Origin: an uncultured Eubacteriales bacterium
Lineage (GTDB): Bacteria > Bacillota > Clostridia > Oscillospirales > CAG-272
Reading direction: 5' to 3'
Length of the DNA: 64,000 nucleotides
Assembly (NCBI GenBank): GCA_959601495.1
Contig: CAUGPT010000003.1
Coordinates: forward strand, 2,222 to 66,221
Below, in pieces: positions 27,354-35,280 of the stretch. How positions within the stretch are numbered: position 1 is the stretch's first letter; each line of letters begins with the position of its first letter. A model generated the notes under the pieces. That model did not search any database. It was not told where the DNA came from and saw only the letters and a program-made list of their open reading frames with translations. Position numbers and translations under genes: made by a program.

Positions 27354-29621
27354 TCAGAGCTTGTTTCTCTGAATTTTTCCGCTGGTGGTCTTGGGCAGCT
27401 CGTCGCGGAACACCACAAGACGGGGATATTTATAAGGCGCGGTATGCGACTTTACATAGTTCTGAATTTCTTTCTTCAGTTCTTCCGTCGGCTGCGTACC
27501 CTTTGTAAGCACAATGCTTGCCTTTACTATCTGTCCGCGAACCTCGTCGGGAGCGGCGGAAACTCCGCATTCAAGCACATAAGGCAGTTCCATGATAACG
27601 CTTTCGATCTCGAAAGGCCCTATGCGGTATCCCGAGGACTTGATGATATCGTCCACTCTGCCCACGTACCAGAAGTAGCCGTCCTCGTCGCGCCATGCGG
27701 TGTCGCCCGTATGGTACACGCCGCCGCGCATACATTCCGCGGTCTTTTCGGGCTCCTTGTAGTATTCGTTGAACAGTCCCACGGGAGCGCCCTTGTCAAG
27801 GCGGATGACGATCTCACCCGTTTCACCGCAGGGAACGCTGTGGCCGTCCGCATCAACGATGTCAACATCGTACTGGGGAGAGGGCTTGCCCATGGAACCG
27901 GGACGCACCTCTGTGCCCACAAGGTTTGCAACGGTAAGCGTAGTCTCCGTCTGACCGAAGCCCTCGGCGATGCTGAGGCCCGTCGCCGCCATAAACTGTT
28001 TTGCGATCTCGGGATTGAGCGCTTCGCCGGCGGTGGTCATATGCTTTATTGTAGAGAAATCGTAGCTTGCAAGATCCTCTTTCATCATCATGCGCAGCAT
28101 TGTAGGCGGCGCGCAGAATGTGGTGACTTTGTATTTGCCCAGAAGCGGCATGATGTCGCGGGCGTTGAAGCGGTCGAAATCATATACGAACACCGCGCCC
28201 TCGCACATCCACTGACCGTACAGCTTACCCCAGAGGGACTTACCCCAGCCTGTGTCGGATATGGTAAAGTGCAGCCCGTCGGGCTCGCAGCAGTGCCAGT
28301 ACTTGGCGGTCACGAAATGACCGAGCGCATAAGTATGGCTGTGCTCGACCATTTTAGGCTCGCCCGTTGTGCCTGAGGAGAAGAACATAAGCGCCGCGTC
28401 GCGCCCGCAGGGGGTATCCTCCGTGCGGGAGAAGTGGCTTGAATACAGTGCGTACTCGGAGTCGAAGTCGTGCCAGCCGGGGCGGTTTTCGCCCACAAGT
28501 ATCATATTTTTAACGGCGGGACACTGCTCCGCGGCTCTGCGCGCTATCTCCGCCGTGTCTCCCTTTGCCGTGCAAAGAAGAGTGGTAACTCCGGCAGACT
28601 TGAAGCGGTATACAAAATCGTGCTCCTGAAGCTGGAACGTTGCGGGGATCGCAACCGCGCCGAGCTTGTGCAGAGCTATCATCGCAAACCAGAACTGATA
28701 GTGACGGCGGAGCACAAGCATTACCTTGTCGCCCGCGCCGATACCGAGGGATTTGAAGTAGTTCGCGCATCTTGCGGACTCTTTCTTTATATCGGAGAAC
28801 GTAAAGCGTCTCTCGTTCTTGTTCTCGTCAAGATATACCATGGCGAGCTTGTCCGGGTATCTGTCCGCGATAGCGTCCACAACGTCAAAGCCGAAGTTGA
28901 AGCTGTCCGTGTTTTTAAAGTCTATTTTCTTGAGAACTCCGTTTTCATCCTCCGCTGCGTCAACAAACTTCTCGCAGAGAAGTCCCGTTGCGGGGCGCAG
29001 GGACACAACGCTGCTGCGCACCTCGGATTCTTTTGTTTCCTCACCCGGCAGCACCACCGCGCAGAAAACGCACTCTTTGCCGTCAACGGCAATCATTCCG
29101 TGGGGTATGGAGGAGTTGTAGTATATGCTGTCGCCCTCGTGCAGAACCTCTTTATTCGTACCCACCTGTACAAGAAGCGATCCGGAAACGATAAGGTCAA
29201 ATTCCTGTCCGCTGTGCTTTGTAAGGTGTATGGGCTTGTTCTGAAGTTCGGGAGAATACTCATAGCGCACCCAGTACGGCTCTGCTATCTTGTGGCGGAA
29301 CTCGGGGGCAAGGTTTGCAATGCTGATGCCCTCCTCCTTTGCCGTCTGCTGACCCTTGCCGCGTCTTGTAACGGTGTAGGACGACAGACGTGCGCCGCGT
29401 CCCTCAAGAAGCTCGGTAAGCTCAATGCCGAAGGCAAGCGCGCATTTATGTATAAATGTAAACGGCAGATCGGTGCGACATGCTTCATAGTCGCGGTATT
29501 CATCGAGGGAGACCTCGGTCTTCTCCGCCATCTCTTCTTCCGTAAAGCCCATGACTTCACGCATTTCGCGTATTCTGTATGCGATCTCGTGAAGCTGCGT
29601 CATTGTGGACTGTGTGCTCAT
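27354..29621 (-). CDS. XRE-HTH + cupin + AMP-binding (acyl-CoA synthetase/ligase) fusion protein, paralog 2
   Basis: Same three-domain architecture as 24663-26945. GGAGG RBS. The C-terminal ~100 aa are nearly identical to paralog 1. Confidence 0.85.
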   Translation of the reverse strand: MSTQSTMTQLHEIAYRIREMREVMGFTEEEMAEKTEVSLDEYRDYEACRTDLPFTFIHKCALAFGIELTELLEGRGARLSSYTVTRRGKGQQTAKEEGISIANLAPEFRHKIAEPYWVRYEYSPELQNKPIHLTKHSGQEFDLIVSGSLLVQVGTNKEVLHEGDSIYYNSSIPHGMIAVDGKECVFCAVVLPGEETKESEVRSSVVSLRPATGLLCEKFVDAAEDENGVLKKIDFKNTDSFNFGFDVVDAIADRYPDKLAMVYLDENKNERRFTFSDIKKESARCANYFKSLGIGAGDKVMLVLRRHYQFWFAMIALHKLGAVAIPATFQLQEHDFVYRFKSAGVTTLLCTAKGDTAEIARRAAEQCPAVKNMILVGENRPGWHDFDSEYALYSSHFSRTEDTPCGRDAALMFFSSGTTGEPKMVEHSHTYALGHFVTAKYWHCCEPDGLHFTISDTGWGKSLWGKLYGQWMCEGAVFVYDFDRFNARDIMPLLGKYKVTTFCAPPTMLRMMMKEDLASYDFSTIKHMTTAGEALNPEIAKQFMAATGLSIAEGFGQTETTLTVANLVGTEVRPGSMGKPSPQYDVDIVDADGHSVPCGETGEIVIRLDKGAPVGLFNEYYKEPEKTAECMRGGVYHTGDTAWRDEDGYFWYVGRVDDIIKSSGYRIGPFEIESVIMELPYVLECGVSAAPDEVRGQIVKASIVLTKGTQPTEELKKEIQNYVKSHTAPYKYPRLVVFRDELPKTTSGKIQRNKL

Positions 29622-29649
29622 GCTGAATATCCTCCGTTTTGAAAATGGA

Positions 29650-29925
29650 AATTAAAAAACCCGTCCCAAGAAAAACTCTTGAGACGGGAAACTTACTTAT
29701 TACCCGCGGTACCACTCAAATTGCGTCTTTCGACGCCACTCAGACTCTGACAAGCCGTATGCATTTACGCAGCAGTAACGTAAAGAACTAAGGCGGACCG
29801 CCCTCATTCTTTCAGCTCGGAAGTGATGGGAAATTAAACACCTGGGCTGTCGGGATCGCACCGTCCCCGACTCTCTGAAAGCTTGCATGCTTTTCCGTCT
29901 TCGTCATAGCCTTTATTTATTCTTT
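29650..29925 (-). promoter_or_regulatory. T-box riboswitch leader 2
   Basis: AATTTGAGTGGTACCGCGGGTA (plus 29701-29722), Stem III GCGTC-GAAA-GACGC, and terminator TTTCCCGTCTCAAGAG...CTTGGGACGGGTTTTTT (plus 29654-29690). Confidence 0.85.
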
Positions 29926-29931
29926 TTCTAA

Positions 29932-29960
29932 AGTATAGCACCGCGCGGCGGGCGTGTCAA
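29932..29960 (-). promoter_or_regulatory. sigma-A promoter of T-box leader 2
   Basis: Minus strand: TTGACA, 17 nt, TATACT. Confidence 0.7.
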
Positions 29961-30035
29961 GTAGTTTTTTATGAGAAAAAATAACAAAACGGCGATTTGT
30001 TATGCGCGAATGGCATACCGATTGCACAAATCGGA

Positions 30036-32504
30036 CTATTCAATGCCGAGAAGCTTTACGGTCTCCTCGCGCATTTTATATTTGAGTATCTTGCCTGCAG
30101 CGTTCATGGGGAACGTTTTTGTAAATATAAAGTACCTGGGAACCTTGTGCGTTGCCATGCCGGACATACCGAAGGCTTTCATCTCCGTCTCGTCGGCACT
30201 CTCGCCGTCGTTCAGTATGACCCATGCGCAGGCCTCCTCGCCGTACTTCTTGTCCGGTACGCCCACGACCTGTACGTCGCGCACCTTGGGATTTGTGAGG
30301 TAATACTCCTCTATCTCGCGGGGGTATATGTTCTCGCCGCCGCGGATTATCATGTCCTTAAGGCGCCCCGTCACCTTGTAATATCCGTCGGGGGTGCGGC
30401 AGCATATATCTCCGGAGTGCAGCCAGCCCTCGCTGTCGATAGCCTGTGCGGTAGCACGGGGCATTTTGTAGTAGCCCTTCATAACGTTGAAGCCGCGAAC
30501 CACAAATTCGCCCGCTTCCCCGTCGCCGAGAACGGCGCCGGTCTCGGGGTCGATTATCCTGCACTCAACTCCGGGGAAAGCGCTGCCAACGGTCTCAACT
30601 CTGTGGTCGAGATCCTCATTGACTTCTCCCATGGTGCATCCGGGGGAGGACTCTGTCTGACCGTAGACGGAGAGTATTTCCGTCATATTCATTTCCGCTG
30701 CCGCACGGCGCATAAGCTCGGGCGGGCAGTTTGCGCCCGCCATAATGCCAGTACGCATATATGAGAAATCCGTTTTCGCAAAATCCTCATGCGCAAACAT
30801 TGCGATAAACATTGTAGGCACGCCGTTGAAGCAGGTTATCTTCTCCGCCGTGATGCACGCAAGCGAGGACTTGGGCGAGAAATACGGCAGTGGCGAGAGC
30901 GTGCCGCCGTGGGTCATCATGGACGTCATGGAAAGTACCATGCCGAAGCAGTGGAACATGGGCACCTGTATCATCATACGGTCCGCCGTTGACATATCCA
31001 TTCTGTCGCCTATGATCTTGCCGTTGTTTATTATGTTGCTGTGCGTCAGCATGACTCCCTTGGGAAAGCCCGTTGTGCCGGAAGTGTACTGCATATTGGC
31101 AACGTCGCCGGAGCGGACCATGGACGCGCGCCTGCGTACCTCCTCGCGGGGAACCTCGGCGCCCCTCTCGAGCATTTCGTTCCACTCAAGGCAGCCGGGC
31201 ATATTAAAGCCGACGGTCACAACGTTTCTCAGAAACGGCAGCCGCTTTGCGTAAAGGGGCGCGTCGGGCTTTTTCGTTTCAAGCTCGGGGCACAGATCGC
31301 GGATGATCTTGCCGTAGTCCGTATCCTTGCAGTTCTCTATCATTACAAGCGTATGAGTGTCGGACTGGCGCAGAAGGTATTCTATCTCGTGGGTCTTGTA
31401 GGCGGTGTTGACCGTTACAAGCACCGCGCCTATCTTCACAGCCGCCCAGAAGGACAGAAACCACTCAGGCACGTTCGTAGCCCACACAGCGACATGATGC
31501 CCGGGCTTTACGCCGAGGGCTATGAACGCCGCGGCGACCTCATCCACGTCGCGGCGGAACTGGGAATACGTGCGGGTGTAGTCAAGCGTCGTGTATCTGA
31601 AGGCGTACTGGTCCGGATATTTTTCCGCCATAACGTCCAGCACCTGAGAGAACGTCATATCAAGCACATCGTATTTCTTCCAGGGAAATGTACCCGTGCC
31701 CGCGCGGTTCGTATACAGCACTTCCCTGCGGGACGTTCTCGACACCTCGCCCATATAGCTGCAGAACTGTGTCAGAACTATATCGGGATCGTCGATCTCG
31801 TCGTTCCACGCCGCGCATACAAACGAATCGTAGTTGAGAGAGGCAAGCGCTTCGGTAAACTCTCCGCAGGGCAGCTCTCCCTCTCCGATAAGCACGTTGA
31901 CTCCGTCGGCACTGCGGTCTCCCAGTCGGACATAGCGGATGTACGCGCCAAGGTTCGTAATTGTATCCTCCGCGCTTTCATGCGTATCGAAATAAGTGCT
32001 GCGTACATCCCAGCACGCGCCGAGGGCGGCGCTTGCGCATCCGTTGAGAAACGCCACGGTACGCTTGGTGTCGGCAAATCTGCCCACGGTCTCTATAAGA
32101 ATTTCAACATCCTTTTTCTCAGCCGCAGCGCATACCTTTGAGAGCTTTTCGGCAAGACGGCTGTCAGCCTCACCGTCGCTGTCCGCTCCGCAGGCGCGGA
32201 TGATCACACGTCCCGCGCCGGAGGAGTGCGCCATATCAATATATCTTTTCAGAAGCTCGGGCGTAACGTCACCGCCGTCCGCGTCAAACGGACAGGTGAG
32301 CGCCGCCAGCTCAAGCCCTCTGTTATAAAGCTTTCTCTTTGCCTCCGAAACATGCTCCGGACGCAGGATGCTGTCGGAATGACGAATTCTTTCGTCCTCC
32401 GCGTCGGAAATCTCAATGCCAGAAAAGCCGTAGTCGTCGGCATATCTGCAAAGCGACAAAAACGAAGCAAGCCTTACGTTTTCCGTTGAAAAAGTGAGCT
32501 TCAC
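30036..32504 (-). CDS. xylose-isomerase-like TIM barrel (sugar phosphate isomerase/epimerase family) fused to an AMP-dependent acyl-CoA synthetase/ligase
   Basis: The first ~270 aa resemble AP_endonuc_2 / TIM barrel proteins. The remainder carries YTSGTTGFPKGV, GYYK, HSGD, GRLKDMIIRGGENIYPREIE and GKILK. The GTG start overlaps the upstream stop (GTGA). Confidence 0.8.
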   Translation of the reverse strand: MKLTFSTENVRLASFLSLCRYADDYGFSGIEISDAEDERIRHSDSILRPEHVSEAKRKLYNRGLELAALTCPFDADGGDVTPELLKRYIDMAHSSGAGRVIIRACGADSDGEADSRLAEKLSKVCAAAEKKDVEILIETVGRFADTKRTVAFLNGCASAALGACWDVRSTYFDTHESAEDTITNLGAYIRYVRLGDRSADGVNVLIGEGELPCGEFTEALASLNYDSFVCAAWNDEIDDPDIVLTQFCSYMGEVSRTSRREVLYTNRAGTGTFPWKKYDVLDMTFSQVLDVMAEKYPDQYAFRYTTLDYTRTYSQFRRDVDEVAAAFIALGVKPGHHVAVWATNVPEWFLSFWAAVKIGAVLVTVNTAYKTHEIEYLLRQSDTHTLVMIENCKDTDYGKIIRDLCPELETKKPDAPLYAKRLPFLRNVVTVGFNMPGCLEWNEMLERGAEVPREEVRRRASMVRSGDVANMQYTSGTTGFPKGVMLTHSNIINNGKIIGDRMDMSTADRMMIQVPMFHCFGMVLSMTSMMTHGGTLSPLPYFSPKSSLACITAEKITCFNGVPTMFIAMFAHEDFAKTDFSYMRTGIMAGANCPPELMRRAAAEMNMTEILSVYGQTESSPGCTMGEVNEDLDHRVETVGSAFPGVECRIIDPETGAVLGDGEAGEFVVRGFNVMKGYYKMPRATAQAIDSEGWLHSGDICCRTPDGYYKVTGRLKDMIIRGGENIYPREIEEYYLTNPKVRDVQVVGVPDKKYGEEACAWVILNDGESADETEMKAFGMSGMATHKVPRYFIFTKTFPMNAAGKILKYKMREETVKLLGIE

Positions 32505-33901
32505 GCCTGTTCCTCCTCAAAGATTATCTTGTTGAGAGCGTTTACGTACGCTCTTATACTTGCGCCTACAATATCCGTTGAAAGACCGTTGCCGGAGAAC
32601 AGCTTTCCGCCGCTGCGAAGCCTTACTACGGCGTCGCCCAGCGCTTCCTTGCCCTGCGTTACGGCGCGTATCTGAAATGCGTCCAGCTCATAGTGATGAC
32701 CGACGCACTGCTCTATCGCACGGAACGCCGCGTCAATAGGTCCGTCGCCCGTTGCGACGCCCACGGACTTTTCTCCCGCGCGTACCATGGCAACACTTGC
32801 CATGGCGGACGTTATGTTGCTGCTTGTTATATTGTAGCTTTCAAGATGATATGCGGAGGGCGCCTGCATTGCGTTTGACGCAATGATAGCCTCAAGCTCG
32901 GCAGCCCCCACGGAGCCTTTGCGGGCGCATACATCCATAAGCGCGTCATATACCTTGCCGTCGTCCTCGGCGCTCAGCGTGTATCCCAGTTTTTTTGCCG
33001 CTTCGCTGACCTGTGCGGCAGTGCTGTCACCGTGGAGATATATACCGGCGTCGCCGTCGTTCTCCCGCTCCGCAGTGTCAGAGGGATGTGCCGCCTCAAC
33101 GCCGCGCAGAAGCGACGCAACGTCGCTGTAAAGCTCGGTAAGCTTCAGCGATGTGGCAACTCCCATTTCCTCGCCGCGCGCCTCAAGCATTTTCGCAAAT
33201 TTCACGGTATTGAGCGCGTCATCTCCCGCAACGGCGACCTTTACGCCCGACGCACCCGCGCGTATGGCGGCGGCGGCGCAGGCGGCGCCCATGCTGATAG
33301 CGTCGGAGGGACGCACATACACATCTGCCCCGCAGCTTTCCTTTACATATTTGACAAGCGAAGCGATCTCCTCCGGCATTGCCCTGCCCGCGTCGTCGCA
33401 GAGGGTCACGATCTGCGCACCCGCATCCGCGGCACACTTCGCAGCCTTGCACAGAAACGCAACGTCGGCGCGGGTCGCGTCAAGCGCCGCAAACTCCACC
33501 TTGGGGCATTTTGCTTTCGCGGCAGTGCACAGACGGGTGATAAAGTCTGCCATTTTCGCTTCTTTCATATGGTAGCCGTACTCCATTGTAACGGTAGATA
33601 CGGGCAGCGCTATCTGCAGGCAGGGGTCCTTCGCGCCGCGAACGCACTCCCACGCGGCGTCGATCGTTTCCTCGCTGTCGCCCGCGGGGATCGTGACCGT
33701 CGCGTTCTTCACACCCGACGATATGGTTTTATATATTATAGTATCTTCTTTCGGACAGCGCACCGGGGCAAGCTCGATTGCGCCCATGCCGACGGCGTCC
33801 ATGCACGCGGCGACCGCGGTCTTTTCGCGGAAAAGAAGCTCCGCGCCCCTGCTGCGCGCAAGCGCACTGAGAGTATAATCGACAACAACTGTTTTTTTCA
33901 T
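32501..33901 (-). CDS. 2-isopropylmalate synthase / homocitrate synthase family protein (LeuA-like; catalytic motifs appear degenerate, LeuA-dimer regulatory domain retained)
   Basis: HMGL-like barrel followed by the C-terminal ATGDGPIDAAFRAIEQ...GNGLSTDIVGASIRAYVNALNKI. Start at ATG 33901 behind GAGG. The 40-aa track extension runs into the T-box terminator. Confidence 0.75.
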   Translation of the reverse strand: MKKTVVVDYTLSALARSRGAELLFREKTAVAACMDAVGMGAIELAPVRCPKEDTIIYKTISSGVKNATVTIPAGDSEETIDAAWECVRGAKDPCLQIALPVSTVTMEYGYHMKEAKMADFITRLCTAAKAKCPKVEFAALDATRADVAFLCKAAKCAADAGAQIVTLCDDAGRAMPEEIASLVKYVKESCGADVYVRPSDAISMGAACAAAAIRAGASGVKVAVAGDDALNTVKFAKMLEARGEEMGVATSLKLTELYSDVASLLRGVEAAHPSDTAERENDGDAGIYLHGDSTAAQVSEAAKKLGYTLSAEDDGKVYDALMDVCARKGSVGAAELEAIIASNAMQAPSAYHLESYNITSSNITSAMASVAMVRAGEKSVGVATGDGPIDAAFRAIEQCVGHHYELDAFQIRAVTQGKEALGDAVVRLRSGGKLFSGNGLSTDIVGASIRAYVNALNKIIFEEEQA

Positions 33902-33925
33902 GGTAAAACCTCGCTTGTGAAAAAA

Positions 33926-34195
33926 TAGAAAAACCCGCAGAAACCTCTCGGTTTCTGCGGGGTGACTTAACAAATATAAAGCCACGGTACCACCCGCATT
34001 GCCGCTCGCGCGGCCGCTCACAGGCTCAATAAAGCCTTCGGTCTGTCACGGGACCTCCCGGAATCCCTTACACTGCATTTTCGGGGATCCTGCTCCGATA
34101 GGAGACAGCATACGCGGATCCATGCCGTCTCGCACCGACCGACGGCTCTCTGAAAGGCTTGCCGCGAATGCTTAATATCATCATCGCATTTCTTA
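33926..34195 (-). promoter_or_regulatory. T-box riboswitch leader 3 (probable Leu, CUC specifier candidate)
   Basis: K-turn GATGA, AGAGAG bulge, distal loop GGTCGGTGCGA, T-box AATGCGGGTGGTACCGTGGC (plus 33981-34000), and terminator CCCCGCAGAAACC-GAGA-GGTTTCTGCGGG-TTTTT (plus 33926-33964). Confidence 0.85.
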
Positions 34196-34200
34196 CGGTG

Positions 34201-34229
34201 ATTATAGCAAAGAAGCCATGCTTTGTCAA
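34201..34229 (-). promoter_or_regulatory. consensus sigma-A promoter of T-box leader 3
   Basis: Minus strand: TTGACA, 17 nt, TATAAT (perfect hexamers). Confidence 0.75.
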
Positions 34230-34331
34230 CAAAATTGCGGCAAAATTCCCATTTTTGTGTCAAGTGACAAAAATAGCGAAAAAGGCACCCCGCGCGCGAT
34301 AATTTTGCACATGGAAAACACGGCGCGGCGC

Positions 34332-34451
34332 GGGCTGCCGCACATTCCCTTCTCACGGCGTGGGCTGCCGCACATTCCCTTCTCACGGCACGGCGCGGGC
34401 TGCGCACATTCCCTTCTCACGGCGCGGGCTGCCGCACATTTTCTTCTCCAC
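34332..34451. repeat. four tandem copies of a ~29-nt GC-rich unit (period 30-35 nt)
   Basis: GGGCTGCCGCACATTCCCTTCTCACGGCG at 34332 and 34362, then variants at 34397 and 34427. Only 1-6 nt separate the units. Confidence 0.8.
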
Positions 34452-34804
34452 TCGCTCCGCCCCGCGGGATCATCCGCGCTTTTTCGCGAAACAGTCAGAC
34501 GCCAAGCCCCGTGCGGTGCTGTCTGTTCTTTGCACCCGCGCCCCGTCATATCATGCTTTACGGCTTGATATTTCCGGCGGCGGGATTCTATTCTCTGTGC
34601 ACGCCCCGTCATATCGGCGTCCGAGCGTAAGCCTCTTGCCTGCCGCGTGCGGTGCTGTCACGTTGCCCGCCTTATATTCGGCGGCGCGGTCTGATGTCGG
34701 CAAAGCATAAAAGCAGTAGTTTTTTAACAAAATAAATAAAATATTGACATATGTAAACATATGTAGTAATAATTGTATTGCACGTTCATACGGAGGTGTT
34801 AATT

Positions 34805-35078
34805 TTGGCAGAGAAAAAGCTTATCATTCCTTCTAAGCGGAAAAAAGTATAACCCGTGTCCCGAATGCGGCGCGGATCTGCCGGACGGCGCAACGGTATG
34901 CGCATCATGCGGCTGCGAGCTGCCGAGTCCCTGCCCTTTCTGCGGAACGCCGCTTCCGCGAAAAGACGCGAAATTCTGCCCCGAGTGCGGCAAGCCGCTT
35001 ACCGAAACGTGTCCCGTCTGCAAGGCGCCGATCAGCGGCTCCTCCAAGTTCTGCCCCGAATGCGGAACAAAGCTGTAA
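34805..35078 (+). pseudogene. double zinc-ribbon protein interrupted by a frameshift in an A6 run
   Basis: GGAGGTG RBS plus TTG 34805 gives MAEKKLIIPSKRKKV*. Deleting one A from 34841-34846 continues into YNPCPECGADLPDGATVCASCGCELPSPCPFCGTPLPRKDAKFCPECGKPLTETCPVCKAPISGSSKFCPECGTKL*. Confidence 0.6.
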
Positions 35079-35280
35079 TACCCGACGCGGCGCGCCGTCG
35101 CTTCATCTCATCGGCTGCCCGCGCCGCAAACATACGGAAATCATCATTTTGAATTCCGTTTTCCGATCGCTTTGTAAACTCTCATATCGCTTTTTCGCCT
35201 GCAGCCGACTGCTTGGCGGCTGCAGGCAAACTTATACCGACGGCACATTATCAGCATAAAAGAAAAGAGGAACTATCAGC

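Noticed and set aside
25437-29642. Long plus-strand ORFs 25437-26432, 26475-26975, 27138-28376 and 28470-29642 opposite the ligase genes
   Set aside because: Their translations are Arg/Ala/Gly/His-rich and low in complexity, they have no RBS, and they lie fully antisense to genes with clear AMP-binding motifs. These are typical GC-rich shadow ORFs. 27138-28376 also runs straight through a T-box leader and promoter.
30745-33928. Plus-strand ORFs 31041-32141, 33032-33928 and several 60-170 aa ORFs
   Set aside because: They are antisense to the TIM-barrel::ligase and LeuA-like genes, and their composition is typical of the non-coding frame.
34332-34451. Possible CRISPR array
   Set aside because: The repeat period is only 30-35 nt, with 1-6 nt between units and therefore no spacers. 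There are only four degenerate copies and no cas genes in the window.
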